A DNA stretch of 61,557 nucleotides, filler included, from Choristocarpus tenellus KU-1152 (taxonomy: Eukaryota > Protista > Phaeophyceae), in the NCBI GenBank assembly GCA_964200185.2. It is 11 parts of 11 records of this genome, joined end to end, with 100 filler letters (N's around TTAATTAATTAA, not from the genome) between each part and the next. Parts side by side here need not be neighbours in the genome. Positions count along the whole stretch, not along the records: positions 20,741 to 36,628 come from CAXNAD020000915.1; positions 36,729 to 40,748 come from CAXNAD020016638.1; 9 more parts are not named here. The stretch is one strand, 5' to 3'. The notes beneath the pieces were generated by a model. That model was not told where the DNA came from. It worked only from the letters and a program-made list of their open reading frames with translations, and searched no databases. The stretch's first letter is position 1. Each line of letters begins with the position of its first letter. Positions 25,414-36,885 of this stretch are shown here, in pieces. The translations under genes were made by a program, and so were the position numbers.

Positions 25414-28400
25414 TCACTTCCCCGATGCAACAACCTCTGCTGTTGTAACAGAGGCAGCCTTTGCAGCCTCCGCCTCAGCTGCTGCCTTTTCTGCAGCCTT
25501 GGCCGCCTTCTTCTTGGCCAATAGCTGAGTCTTCACAAGCTTAAAGCGCTCCACACACTGCTTCTTGGTCTTCCCTGGGACAGCCGCGGATATAGAAGCC
25601 CATCGCTCGTTCTTGTCCATGCCCATAGGGAAGCGTGCCAGGGCAGCCTCCAGCTGTTTCTGCTGATCTTGACTCCACACATCTTCCTGCATTACCGCAT
25701 GACAATCCCATAATCCAAAGCGGGAGATGTAGGAGGTGGGCAGCAAGGAAGGGAGGACAAGGGTCGGCAGTGACAAGGCTGAACGTATGACATACAAGAA
25801 CACATTTATAAATACTAACACATTTGCGTTGTAGGATAAGCAAGGGTGGAAAGACGAGGCTATGCATGTAGACCAGATGAAGATGGAGGACATGAACATA
25901 AACCAATCTTCATATACAGAACAATACAACGCCACGGAGTAGAGATAGAAGTTCAAATATCAGATGAAAGCAGCATCATACGCTCTAACCTTGGCACACC
26001 ACTTCTCCGAAAATCTAAAACATAGGAGGCCAAGGCAACACCTCTTTGAGTCCATTTTTTTTTCTGCAACCCTGCTCACTGGACACCTTCTGGTTTGTCA
26101 CTCTTAAAGGGAAAAAAACCCAATACAACTTGGCCAGGCTCGATCACATCCTCCAACATGAACACAACTACTTCAGTTTACGCAGAAGTAAATTCTGCTT
26201 TCCTCACCCTGGGCTCTGTCCTCTCCCTTCTTGCTGGAGTAATCTTGGTCTCCTTGTTCCTGGCCTGTGTGGCCAACCCTGCAGCCGCCTGAGCCGCCAA
26301 GCTTGGGGGAGGAGCAACAGCTTTTGTTGCGGATCCTGCAGGCGCTGCATGAACTTCCTGGTACCTGGATATACATTCTTCCTTGGTGCGAGGGTTCTTG
26401 GCCTTAGTGGCCTGGGCAATAAAGGATGCAATGTGCTCCCAGCCTGTGCATTAATAACAAGGCGAGTATGTGGACAGAATAAAGCATTGAGAAAAGAGAA
26501 TATGAACAAAAGGAGGGGCAGTGGTGCCAAAAAAAATCATGTCAATCGAAAGGTAGTGGTGGGACAGTGTAAAGACTTCTCTGTTGATGTATGTCAAGCA
26601 ATGGGACAACCAAGGGACAACAGTTAAGCAGAAAAAGAAACTAAGTTCAACCACAAAGTGATACTGCCACCAAAACATGAAAAACAATTAACAAAGGAAT
26701 ATTCTTCACCTCCTGACAGAGATTGCACCCGCAGTGAATCCCCCACCCCACCCCCCATTTCTCCCCCCCCAAAAGAAAACACTTCCTTTAATAACATTGT
26801 TCTCACTACAGTGTTGGCAGTCACCTCCTGCACCAACTTTGTCGTGCCATAGCTTTTGATCAACAGTAGTTTTTCGTCATGAAAATTCATTTGTTTGTAA
26901 TTGCATCAGCATGGTTTAACCTTATTTGATGGGTCTCGGTTGGTCAACTTGCATTAATCATGACAAATACACCACCATACTCAAATCACAAAGTCCACAC
27001 ACATGGTTTGTGTGGGGGTGCCAAGCAGAGCACGCTAACCGCACATGTAAGGGTGAATTTGACGCCAGAAGAGGCCATCTTCACCCGGAGAACATGGGCG
27101 TTGTTGTCTCTCCATTCTCTTTCCATATTTTCCATTTATGCGATTTGTCACTTGCTGGCTAAGGATCACTCATGGGGGCCCAGGGCTCTGAACCAGACAA
27201 TCCATGTCAAAGTCAAATGGGGTATTCTGAAGGGGTAGGGCCTCTTGTGACACTTAAATGTCTTGTACACCCCGTCCTGTCCAATTTGGTGCACTCTGTG
27301 CCTTTCTTGCCGGAATATATCAGGTCGTAAGCAATAATCATCCTGAAGAACCTCTCCACAATTAATCTGGACAGCCCTCCTTCCTCCTCAAGACTGACAG
27401 GAATTTTGGCTCTCACTCCAGGCAACATGAAGTCACAGTGGCATCGTATATAGCGCTTAACTCGCCCCTAGACCATCTCTATCGGGTTCAATTCACAGTG
27501 TCCTGTGAGTGACTTGAACAGTATTAAGCCAAGGTCCGCCCATGTACCGTTTTGGTGGTTACCAATCCTGATTTTCTTAAAATCATTACAAGGTTGGCCA
27601 ATGAATTAATCGACGATCAGCATATCAAAGGAAAGCTCCGGTGGTTCTAGGTACACACCACCATGCTCCGTGAAGGTTCAAGTATCCAACACAAAACAAC
27701 TCAGGGTTAGGGTTCTTCCCACATCCACAACTCACGGTTTTGGGACCCTGCTGGAAATTTCACAATGGCCTTCGCCAGCGAAGACATTTCAGCTTCCTCC
27801 CATGGGCGCTTCCGTGCCTCCCTGTTTGCCACTGCCTTGGACTCTGCAGCCAACAACGCCTGCAAAGGTGCAGTTTCCATTACAAGAAAACCCCGCCAGG
27901 AGGATCAGAGAGTGGTGTCTTGTGAGAAACTTTAGGCTGTATGCATTGTTGATGCTATTTTTACACCTTGTGTCATGTTTCATAGAGTGTTCTGCATTGT
28001 ATTTGACAAAAGGTTGCAAGTAGTATTCTTAAATTTGCCTCCATAAGCATTTTTTTTTGGCTGTACAAGGTGTCTAGCAACGGCACAAAGCACAGGGTGG
28101 CCGTGAGATCGCCGTGACATAATGACAACAAATATTAACTGCTATTTTAACTTATCACGCTGTTGCCAAATGTCTCATTCACACACATACATACCCAGGC
28201 ACCAGCCTGTATCATACTTCTCTAATGTATCTATCATGGGTGTCATATTTGTACACCTACAGCACAACAGAACCCAGGTATCAAATAGTGTATCAAAAGG
28301 AGAATCAGGTCACCACCACCGACTATTCCTACTCCTAGACCCAAAGTATCTGGGGGGGGCAGGGGGTCTACACCAGGGTGTCCATTTGGACAAAAATAAG

Positions 28401-31400
28401 GAAAAGTGCATTAACATTATCCCCATCCAACACATGCAACCAAACCACACAAAAATCACGACATGGAAAAATTGAACCCAAATGGACAGCCGCCACCCCC
28501 CCCCCCCCAGATACTTGGGGTCCTATTCCTTACACCGGCGAACAAGCCACAAACTCATACATTCAAACTGGCAGACAGGGTCACTTGCTAGAAAATGATT
28601 AAAATCATCCGCGAAGCACAAACCTTGCATAACTTGCTGAGGTTCCTGGGCTTGAAATAATGAACCTATCATTCTTTTGACTCCCAGAGGTGAGATCTAT
28701 TCATTGTCTTGAGACTTGTCAACTCTGATGATATTCATACGCAGTACACAAGTCTGAAAAAAACAAAAATTCTTCCTTGAAAATCAATTGGCTTGTTTGT
28801 GCATGGCCTTGTCCTCATCACCTCCATATCCTTCTTGACCGCCTCCTCTGCCTGTGCCTCCTCTTCTGCAATCTCTCCCTTCCTCCTCTCCATCAGGCCC
28901 TTGAGGACATCCAGGCCTTCCACCTTGATAGCCTGGATCACGGCAACAGGAACGCAACAATCCACCAAAGAGCAAGTGAGGACGCTGAACCATGTAACTA
29001 CGGTTGGTACCATTATAGTAAGAAGTCCTGACAAAATAGCACCAAAACATTTTTGACAGGTACTTCTATACCACTTCAAAATAATGCGAATTCACTGTAC
29101 TGATTAACACAGTATTTTTTTGTTGTACTGTGTCCTTGTACATCTATTGCACGCAAAGTGCATACTATAATAAGAAAGAGGTCCATCTTCATGGTCTAAA
29201 GGGCACACCTATGCTCCCTACCATCAAAGGCAACTAAGTAGTGAACACCTATAACACCACTGGGAGTTGGTTCATGTAGAATCCAAAATACCACTCTATT
29301 TGACTCAACAGACACATAGTGAACCCTCTCCCCCCAGCAACAAAAACAGGCTGTTTATTTAAGGTTCAACAATACATAGACCAAAAGTCAATATTCCCTG
29401 ACCCTACAGCCCAAACCACTATTAAATTAATGGAAAATACATATTTCCACACCACATAACCTATCTGTACTCTTGCCTCAGAACAGAAGTGAAAAATTCC
29501 CGAAAGGGGGGGAAGATGGTTAGTGATTGCAGACCAGACGTGACAAACAAGCAGACAAACAAAAATTCAAAGCAAATAACTCGTACATCCCCCCGCATCT
29601 TCACCATAGGAAAGGGTAGGGACTATTCCAGGGCTAGCATGTGCTGGGGCCATCAGCAAAGGGAAAGGATTTCAGGGCAGGGGGATACAACAACACAACG
29701 CATTATACAAACCTCCTCCTTGGACCCAAGACCCTCAATGGCACAGTTCACTCCGTCCAAATCAAGATTGACCATGAGCCACTCCAGCTCCTCCTCACCA
29801 ACAGGAGTTACACCACACTTCCCCTCCCCTCCCCCTCCATTGTTACCGTCCACCGTCACCCTCGCCACTGCCACTCCATACAGGTGCTTCATGATCTGCA
29901 TTCCCCATTTTGACAACATCAGAGGAGCAAATAAGAAATCAACCACAGGGGGGGCATAAAATGGCTGTTCCCAGAAAAAAATGATATATATATATATATT
30001 TATATTTATTTCGTATAGTGCGTTTGAACTCTCACATACCTAAGGAACAGACATCAACATGTACAAAAATGGATGTACTGAATACATGTATCGTTTTTGT
30101 TTTGTTTTGAAAAGACACAATTTGTTTTTAGTCAAAAGCATAATCGACTCTGTAATCCAAACCTTCTGATTAACTTGGGTCAAATATTTTCTCGTATTCA
30201 TGTGCCACTTTGGAATTACTACCTTTATAATTCATACTTCCTCCTTGTAAAACAGGTCTCCTCAAAGTGACCAGGCGTTTTTTGCACCTCCCCTCCCCTC
30301 CCCTCACACGCACCAGGCAGGCGGTTGCTTCAACCCCATCAAGCTCTACCGAAGCATTTCACACCGATGAACACAGAACTCACAAAAAAATCTCATCAGT
30401 TATTTTTATTCATGCGCACACAACGTGCGCCGCTCGCAGAGACCCAACGAGGGCGCTGCTTGGCGCCTTAGCAAGCCCCTCTTCAAGCACGATCAATCGT
30501 TAGCGTCTTCTTGTTGCTACACTCTAAAGTGAAATCATGGCAACAACCACAAAAATGTATTATGTCCACTTGAGGAAAATTTACTTCAGTAACTTCTGCT
30601 CCCCCAGTTACGGAGAGTTTTGACCCTAGCAAGCCAGACAACCGGGGCGAAATAGATACTTTGTAAAGTATCTCTGCAGTCTCTCACCTTTCTTTGTCTG
30701 CGCAGCTCCTTCTTAGCCTTTTCCCTCTCCGCCTTTGCAGCCCTTGCCTCTTGCCTGATGCGGGTCTCCTCGTCCTCCTTCTTCCTCTTCTCATCTTCCA
30801 CCGCCTTCCTGATCGAGTCTTCCCTCTCCTGCTTCTCCCTCGCCTGATCCGTTTCACATTATATTATTATTATTATTAAAAAACGTCAAGTGCCGGTGTT
30901 AGAAAACAGAACAGCAACAAACAAAAAAATGGCGCATTCCGTAAAGGTGTACAAAAATGCTCAAAAAGAGAAAACAATGACAACAACCTAGGTGAACGGA
31001 AACAATTACCACCACAGTAAAATAATACAAAAATTGGATTCAGTAGTACGCATTTCCCACACCACCACCCTCCTCGATAGGGACAACCTAGAGAGTTGAG
31101 TGATTAGGGAGCTTTGTTACTTTTCAGCATACTTCAGGAGGCTGTTTCGCTTACTCATCCCACTAAAAGCATCATACCCTAAACATAATTCACCAGCCGA
31201 ACACATAAAACCTCACATTGTAACAAAAACAGTGCTGTCAACCGTAATAGCTTACTATGCTTCCGTTCATCCAACCGAGAAAACCACATTCTGACCGTTT
31301 TTTATTTTTATTTTTTCAGTTTCTTCTAAAAATACTTGAAAAAAAAAAGCATAACAAGGCAGACGTGTGATTCAACATGTCAAGAGGTCAGAGACCTAAA

Positions 31401-34400
31401 CAACCTAGTGCTTTCATCACAATTTGTCTCTATTCACGCCTCATTACGCAAAACAGCACTTGCCAACCCACGCGCGTTTCACACACACAAGACCTCATTT
31501 GCCGACATTTCAATGGAGTCGGGTCATTTTTTTTTATTTTAAATATCTGATCAAAAATCTAGATCGAAATTTCTGTTTGGTTGACAACTACTACGACAAG
31601 ATAAAGATGGACAGTACAATAATGATGAGAACTTGAGCGCTTCCTCCAGGGAGCAAGGCGAATAAAACACACCGCCCCAGAGCTCCAGCTTCAAACCCAG
31701 AGCCCTGTCACACCCCCAGCATACCTTGGCCAGCTTGGCATTCTTCTTTGCTGCCTTCTCCTCCTCCCTTGCCCGAATCACCCGAGGGTCAGCTGCCCTG
31801 CCACAAAAAAAGAAAAGAGATAAAAAACTCAAGGTTAACCCGAGGTGGACCATTTCAGGGCGAGTGTGAGCGGAACGTTGAGATCCCAAATACAAAAAAA
31901 AACAATGATTTTACTCGACTTAACCTTGCACTTCCTACAACTGCACTGCACTGCTCTTAGAGACGAGGCACACAACCCATAACTAACAACACAAGGCGGG
32001 TCTATTTTAAACCCCTCTATTGCTTGAGAGGCTACTGCAAGAGAATCCCAGCGAATCAATACAACTCCTTTATACAGCACATTGCTGTTTGGTAGAGAGC
32101 AAGGCTCAGAAGAGAAAGGGGGTAAACTGGTACTTTCCATTTGGTTCTACTAAAATGCCTCTTGAAAAACAACCCCCTTTCCATCAACAGATTTACTGTC
32201 TAGATCGATGGCATTACTTAGACCCTTAACATTAACCGCCAATAATAATACAAACTTTTTGAGAAATCCTAGACATGCCCCCCCACCTCTCGCTGACAGA
32301 ATGCTCTTACATTTTCTTGAATTTCTTTTCCTACCTTGCCCGGTCCACAAGAGTAGAAAGGCGTCTGTACTCCTTCCTCTTCAACTCCTGTACAAAACAA
32401 AACAAAACCATCAATAGTTCAGAAAAGGACACTACAACCAAAGAGGTGAGGTGATCAACAAGTGTATAGGAAGAAAACAGTAGAGTACATCCTCATACTG
32501 TAAGATGTCCACTGACCTAGGCAAGTTCACAACCAAGCCACTTGATTGCTGTTCCTCTCAACACACCATTCAATCATGTGTCTATCTCCTTGAGCATACA
32601 CAATCCTTCATGTCACAACGGAAAAACCTGCTAGAAGTTCCACCCACACTCTTCCACCACAGAGAGAAAGGAGGGCTACCATAGGCCCCAAAACACAGAA
32701 GGACTTCAAAGACATACACAGAATTCCATTGCCTGGCTTACGCTTGAGGCAGGGAACCCGGGTAGCGCATAGTACATGTCAGGCGGAAGGACGGTGGGGC
32801 AGACTGTGAAAATAGGGTACTAACAGGGACATCCTCTTTTGTACCTTGGCCTTCCTCTCATTCTCCTTCATCATCCATCGCTTCTCGTATCTGTCCTGTG
32901 CATCTTCCAGGTCATGCTCCCCCTCCAAGGAGAAGTCTCGCCAGCTCTCAAAGTTCACCCAATACTCGTAGAAAATGTTTACCTAAATTGTTGCCATTGG
33001 ATGGGTTAGATGGGGGGGAGGCGAGGTGCATGATGTAGTGAGCGTCTTCTCATTGTGGATGGCTGCTTGTATGAGGTGAAAAATGGAGATGATCTGTCCG
33101 TTGAGCAGGTCTCAGGAGAAAAATTGCCGACATTTGGGACTTGGCTTTGTTGAGGGCTAGGGCTAGAGGAAGGGTAATTGGAAACAAAAAGCACTCTTCA
33201 GAATGATCAAGCTTGTTTGTGACAAAAGTAAACTTATCGCAGCACACCCCGACACAGAAATATCAAGCACTATCCAACATCCTATTTCAGCCAAAGTGAT
33301 CAATAATCAAGAAAAAATAGGCTAGTAAGGTAGAGACAGCTCCCGGTGCATTAGGAACAGATGGCATATACTAAGCACACCCATGTGTGTTTCTGGTAGA
33401 GCAAATATGACAAACCATGTCACAAAACGGATCAGATTGATCCCTCAAAAACAGAATACACTAAAATGTGTTCTCATCCTCCCCCTCCCACAGCCCCTTC
33501 TACAGTATGCGGCCACTACAGCCCATGGTCGCACCTCATCTAGAGGGGTATCCGCATTCCCTAAGCTTGGTGCTGGGAGGATGACCGCAAAACGCTTGTT
33601 GCGCTCAAAGACTGGCCCATAAACGTTGTAGAAACTTCTTGGACCAGTCTCATCTTTTCCTTCCTGGTCATCTGCAAATCATATTTGGTGGGGTTGGGGG
33701 GTGAAATGCGGCAGAGTAGGCACATACAGAACACAAATGAATAACAACGTGGTATGTGGACATAGATGAAAACAAAACAAACTCAACTGTTGCATACCTG
33801 GAATGTAGTCATCGAACTCCAGCGAAGAGTCATAGGCACGTCGCTTGGTGGTGTCTGTGAGAGTTTCAAAGGCTTTCTGGACTGCCATGAACACCTGGGG
33901 GAATAAAGGCACAGAAGTAATGATTAGAAAGTTTTTAGGATGGGGAAAAAAGAGTTAACAGGGAAGTGGGTGAGTAGAGTTCAGTTGAGGGGAAAGCATT
34001 ATGACACGTGGAACTAAGAAATTACTGCCTGTTGCTAACCAATCTGATGGAAACCATTTAAACGCATGTCGTATTATTGCCCGCATATTGGAATTACTGC
34101 ACTTATTCAAAAATATGGCATGTTTTGTGAAAGGGTAATTTAATTAGCTAACCGCGAGTCGAAGACGTACATTGACTGTCCATCGTGGCAATTCATAGTT
34201 AGGACCAAAAATGCAGGGCAATGTGAAATGACTCAGATCTTATCAGTTAATGTCAGCAGACTCTATTCTTGTCAGGTATATAATGTACATCCCTCGATCA
34301 GGCTTGAGATTACAGACCTCGTCTTCTTCGCCCTCCTGACTCCCAGTCTTGTCCGGATGATACTTGAGTACTGCCTTGCGGTATGCCTTCTTGAGACCTT

Positions 34401-35089
34401 CATCTCGAACTCCATTGCCATACTTCTCGAATCCGAGGACTTCATAATGGGTAAGCTCTGAGACGAGTTCAGGAGTGAGGTCGTCGCGAAGACTGAACTC
34501 TATGTCCCCTTCCTCTTCCTGCCGGAGCAAATCACAGCACGAGTCCGAATATGGACGATTGAAGGTACGCAGATGATGACTGTGTCCACCAAGACTCTCT
34601 TGAATAGCGAGATCGGCAATACCAATATAAGTGAGAATGAGATTCAAAGGATAAGAGCAAAACACCCAAAATCAATCACGTGGGGTGCAAACTAGTGCTG
34701 TAATCAAGGTTCAAAACCTCAAGAAAAGGAGTACAACAAAATTTCGTCGATAAAATTAAGGAACAATGGTGGAGAGGAAAGAAAGACATTTGGGTAACAG
34801 GTTAGCGACCAGGCATCAGTTTGAAATAATGCCACCTGGTCACCAAATCTATACTCACCTCTTCCTCTTCATCTGCAGCCACTCTTATGGCGGACACATT
34901 ACCGATCTTCTTACTGTCGATTGCGCGACACCTCTGCAAGTACTCCCAGTAAGCACGCCCTGCTGGCTCGACCTCGATTGTTGTAGCCTTAGACCAACAT
35001 GATATAGACGCCACTTTTACGGTTCCTGCCTGGGCCTCTTCCGAGATTGTTGACACAGTGTCAGGTAGCCTGACTGTGAACAACGCCAT
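25414..35089 (-). CDS. DNAJC2: DnaJ homolog subfamily C member 2 (zuotin/MPP11/ZRF1), 13 exons
   Basis: Exons 35089-34859, 34518-34318, 33894-33798, 33671-33535, 32982-32845, 32387-32335, 31797-31725, 30843-30688, 29895-29713, 28932-28822, 27859-27736, 26443-26208 and 25686-25414 all join in phase. Motifs: EPAG; J-domain (HYEVLG..AYRKAVLKYHPDK..KRRAYDS); zuotin homology region (FYNVYGPVFERNKRF, FYEYWVNFESWRDF, RYEKRWMMKEN, DPRV); two SANT domains (WEEAEMSSLAKAIVKFPAGSQNRWEHIA; WSQDQQKQLEAALARFP..ERWASISAAVPGKTKKQCVERFK). Confidence 0.96.
28337..28523. mobile_element. MITE family A copy in a DNAJC2 intron
   Basis: AGACCCAAAGTATCTGGGGG...CCCCCAGATACTTGGGGTCC terminal inverted repeats and conserved core. 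Confidence 0.85.
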
Positions 35090-35400
35090 GGCAATGCACA
35101 ACGCCGCAGCAACAGTACCTTCACTTATCCCACCCTGGCTTCCGCACTGGTCGCACGTTGAGAGCACCTCCACACACTTAAGTATCAAACCTTTGTAATA
35201 AGTCAAGGGTTAGGGAAGATATTGAGTGTTTAGGGTTAAGGAATATTTGTGTTCGCGCGTTTCGAAAGTTGCGCACGGCGACCATGTCACAACTCGAGAA
35301 TCGATTGTAGGGCGGTGATCATCAGAGACAGGAAGAGGAACCCAAGTGCAATCGTTAAACCACTTGGCAGAATTCAAACTTTGGGCAGTACGTGAACTCA
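35090..35400. promoter_or_regulatory. Putative bidirectional promoter and 5'UTR region between DNAJC2 and the PTB-like gene
   Basis: The divergent start codons are only 311 bp apart on the same contig. Confidence 0.6.
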
Positions 35401-36628
35401 ATGAACCCAAACAAGAGACCCCCGCCTTCCTCCGGGGGGACATTTGAGGGGAATGGTCTCAGGGAGACAGCATCACATCCCAAACGAGTGAGGGATGATG
35501 TCCCCGGAGGCGGGGGTCAAAGTGCCGGAAAGATCCTACGACCTGGACAGGAGCAGCCGGGAAACGTCCTGCTTGTCCGCATTACTGATATTGTGCACCC
35601 AGTAAGTATAAATGCCATTTCCAAGGTTGGGTACGCAACATATTTTTTAATATCTTTGTACATGGGCGAATTTAGACAATGTGCTTCTAGTGAGGTCCTC
35701 AACCTCCTAGTGTGAGCTGCAGGGGTGTCGGAGTTCGTAACGCCAATTTCAAATCACTGATGCCAATATATTCTTTATTTGATAGTCTCACTGATGCCTA
35801 ACTACCCTATTATATGTTGTGATATCAGGTAACGATCCTGGCACTTCAGCAGATTTTTTCTCGTTTCGGCAAGGTGGATAAAATCGTCATGTTCGACAAA
35901 GGGTCTGGGTGTCAAGCTCTAGTGCAAATGGCAGATGTATACCAGGCGATGTCTGCGCACGAGGCAGCTGATATGCAGGTACTCTACAATTGTGAATGAG
36001 GAGTTAATTTTCTCCGTATGACTGGAGCACTAGTTCTCCCTCAATTCTGTCGTCCAGATATATTTTTTGTCCTATGTTTATGCCCGACTTTTGTAATAAT
36101 ATACCGATGTGCTATCCCTGGCATCTATAGGTCGGTCTTTGTGTGTCATTCTGTCCTTGTGTACTTACTGAAATCTATTTCATGTGTATCTCATGTTTCA
36201 TCTTACTTTGTCTAATATACATTTTTGTATATTAAATGAAACTGTACTCCTATCACTTATCCTTTTTCAGTGATGGCATTAAACGAGCACCAGCCTTCTA
36301 TATCCTTTTTTTTACTAATACCTTGTGAAATTACTGTTGTTTCACACATGCCACAGGAGATGTACTCTGGCTGCAACCTCATTCGAGTGGGCTACAGCAA
36401 CCTGCAGAATGTAACGGTAAAGGCGAACAGTGAACGAGCGTGGAACTTCAATGTCGGTCCACCCCTTGAGGGCGCAGCGGCACCAGGTATCAACGGTATT
36501 CCAGCCCCCACCACTGCCGTCGCTGATGCCCCCTCTGCAAGTGTTGGAGTGGTAGGGAGTGTGGGTATCGCCCAGCAGACTCAGGATCAGGGGCAGGATC
36601 AGCAGCAGTTGGCCCTCAACCCCCAACA
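35401..36628 (+). CDS. Polypyrimidine tract-binding / hnRNP L-like RRM protein, 5' part
   Basis: Exons 35401-35601, 35829-35978 and 36357-36628 give MNPNKR..NVLLVRITDIVHPVTILALQQIFSRFGKVDKIVMFDKGSGCQALVQM..DMQEMYSGCNLIRVGYSNLQNVTVKANSERAWNF. This is the PTB/hnRNP L RRM2 signature. Truncated by a linker. Confidence 0.88.
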
Positions 36629-36885
36629 NNNNNNNNNNNNNNNNNNNNNNNNNNNNNNNNNNNNNNNNNNNNTTAATTAATTAANNNNNNNNNNNNNNNN
36701 NNNNNNNNNNNNNNNNNNNNNNNNNNNNTATGGCAGATCTATTTTGGCAACTGGTTAAAAAAAAGAAACAATTATAAAAAAAAAGGGGGGGCTAAATGAC
36801 AAACCTGACCGCCACCAGAATCGCCACCAGCATCACCACCACAAAAATCAAAATCACCACTAACCATCACCAATTTGGCACCTAC

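Noticed and set aside
30300-30540. Exon-like segments with splice signals inside a DNAJC2 intron
   Set aside because: The flanking exons (30688 and 29895) join in phase and fit the zuotin architecture; the candidates break the frame or contain stops.
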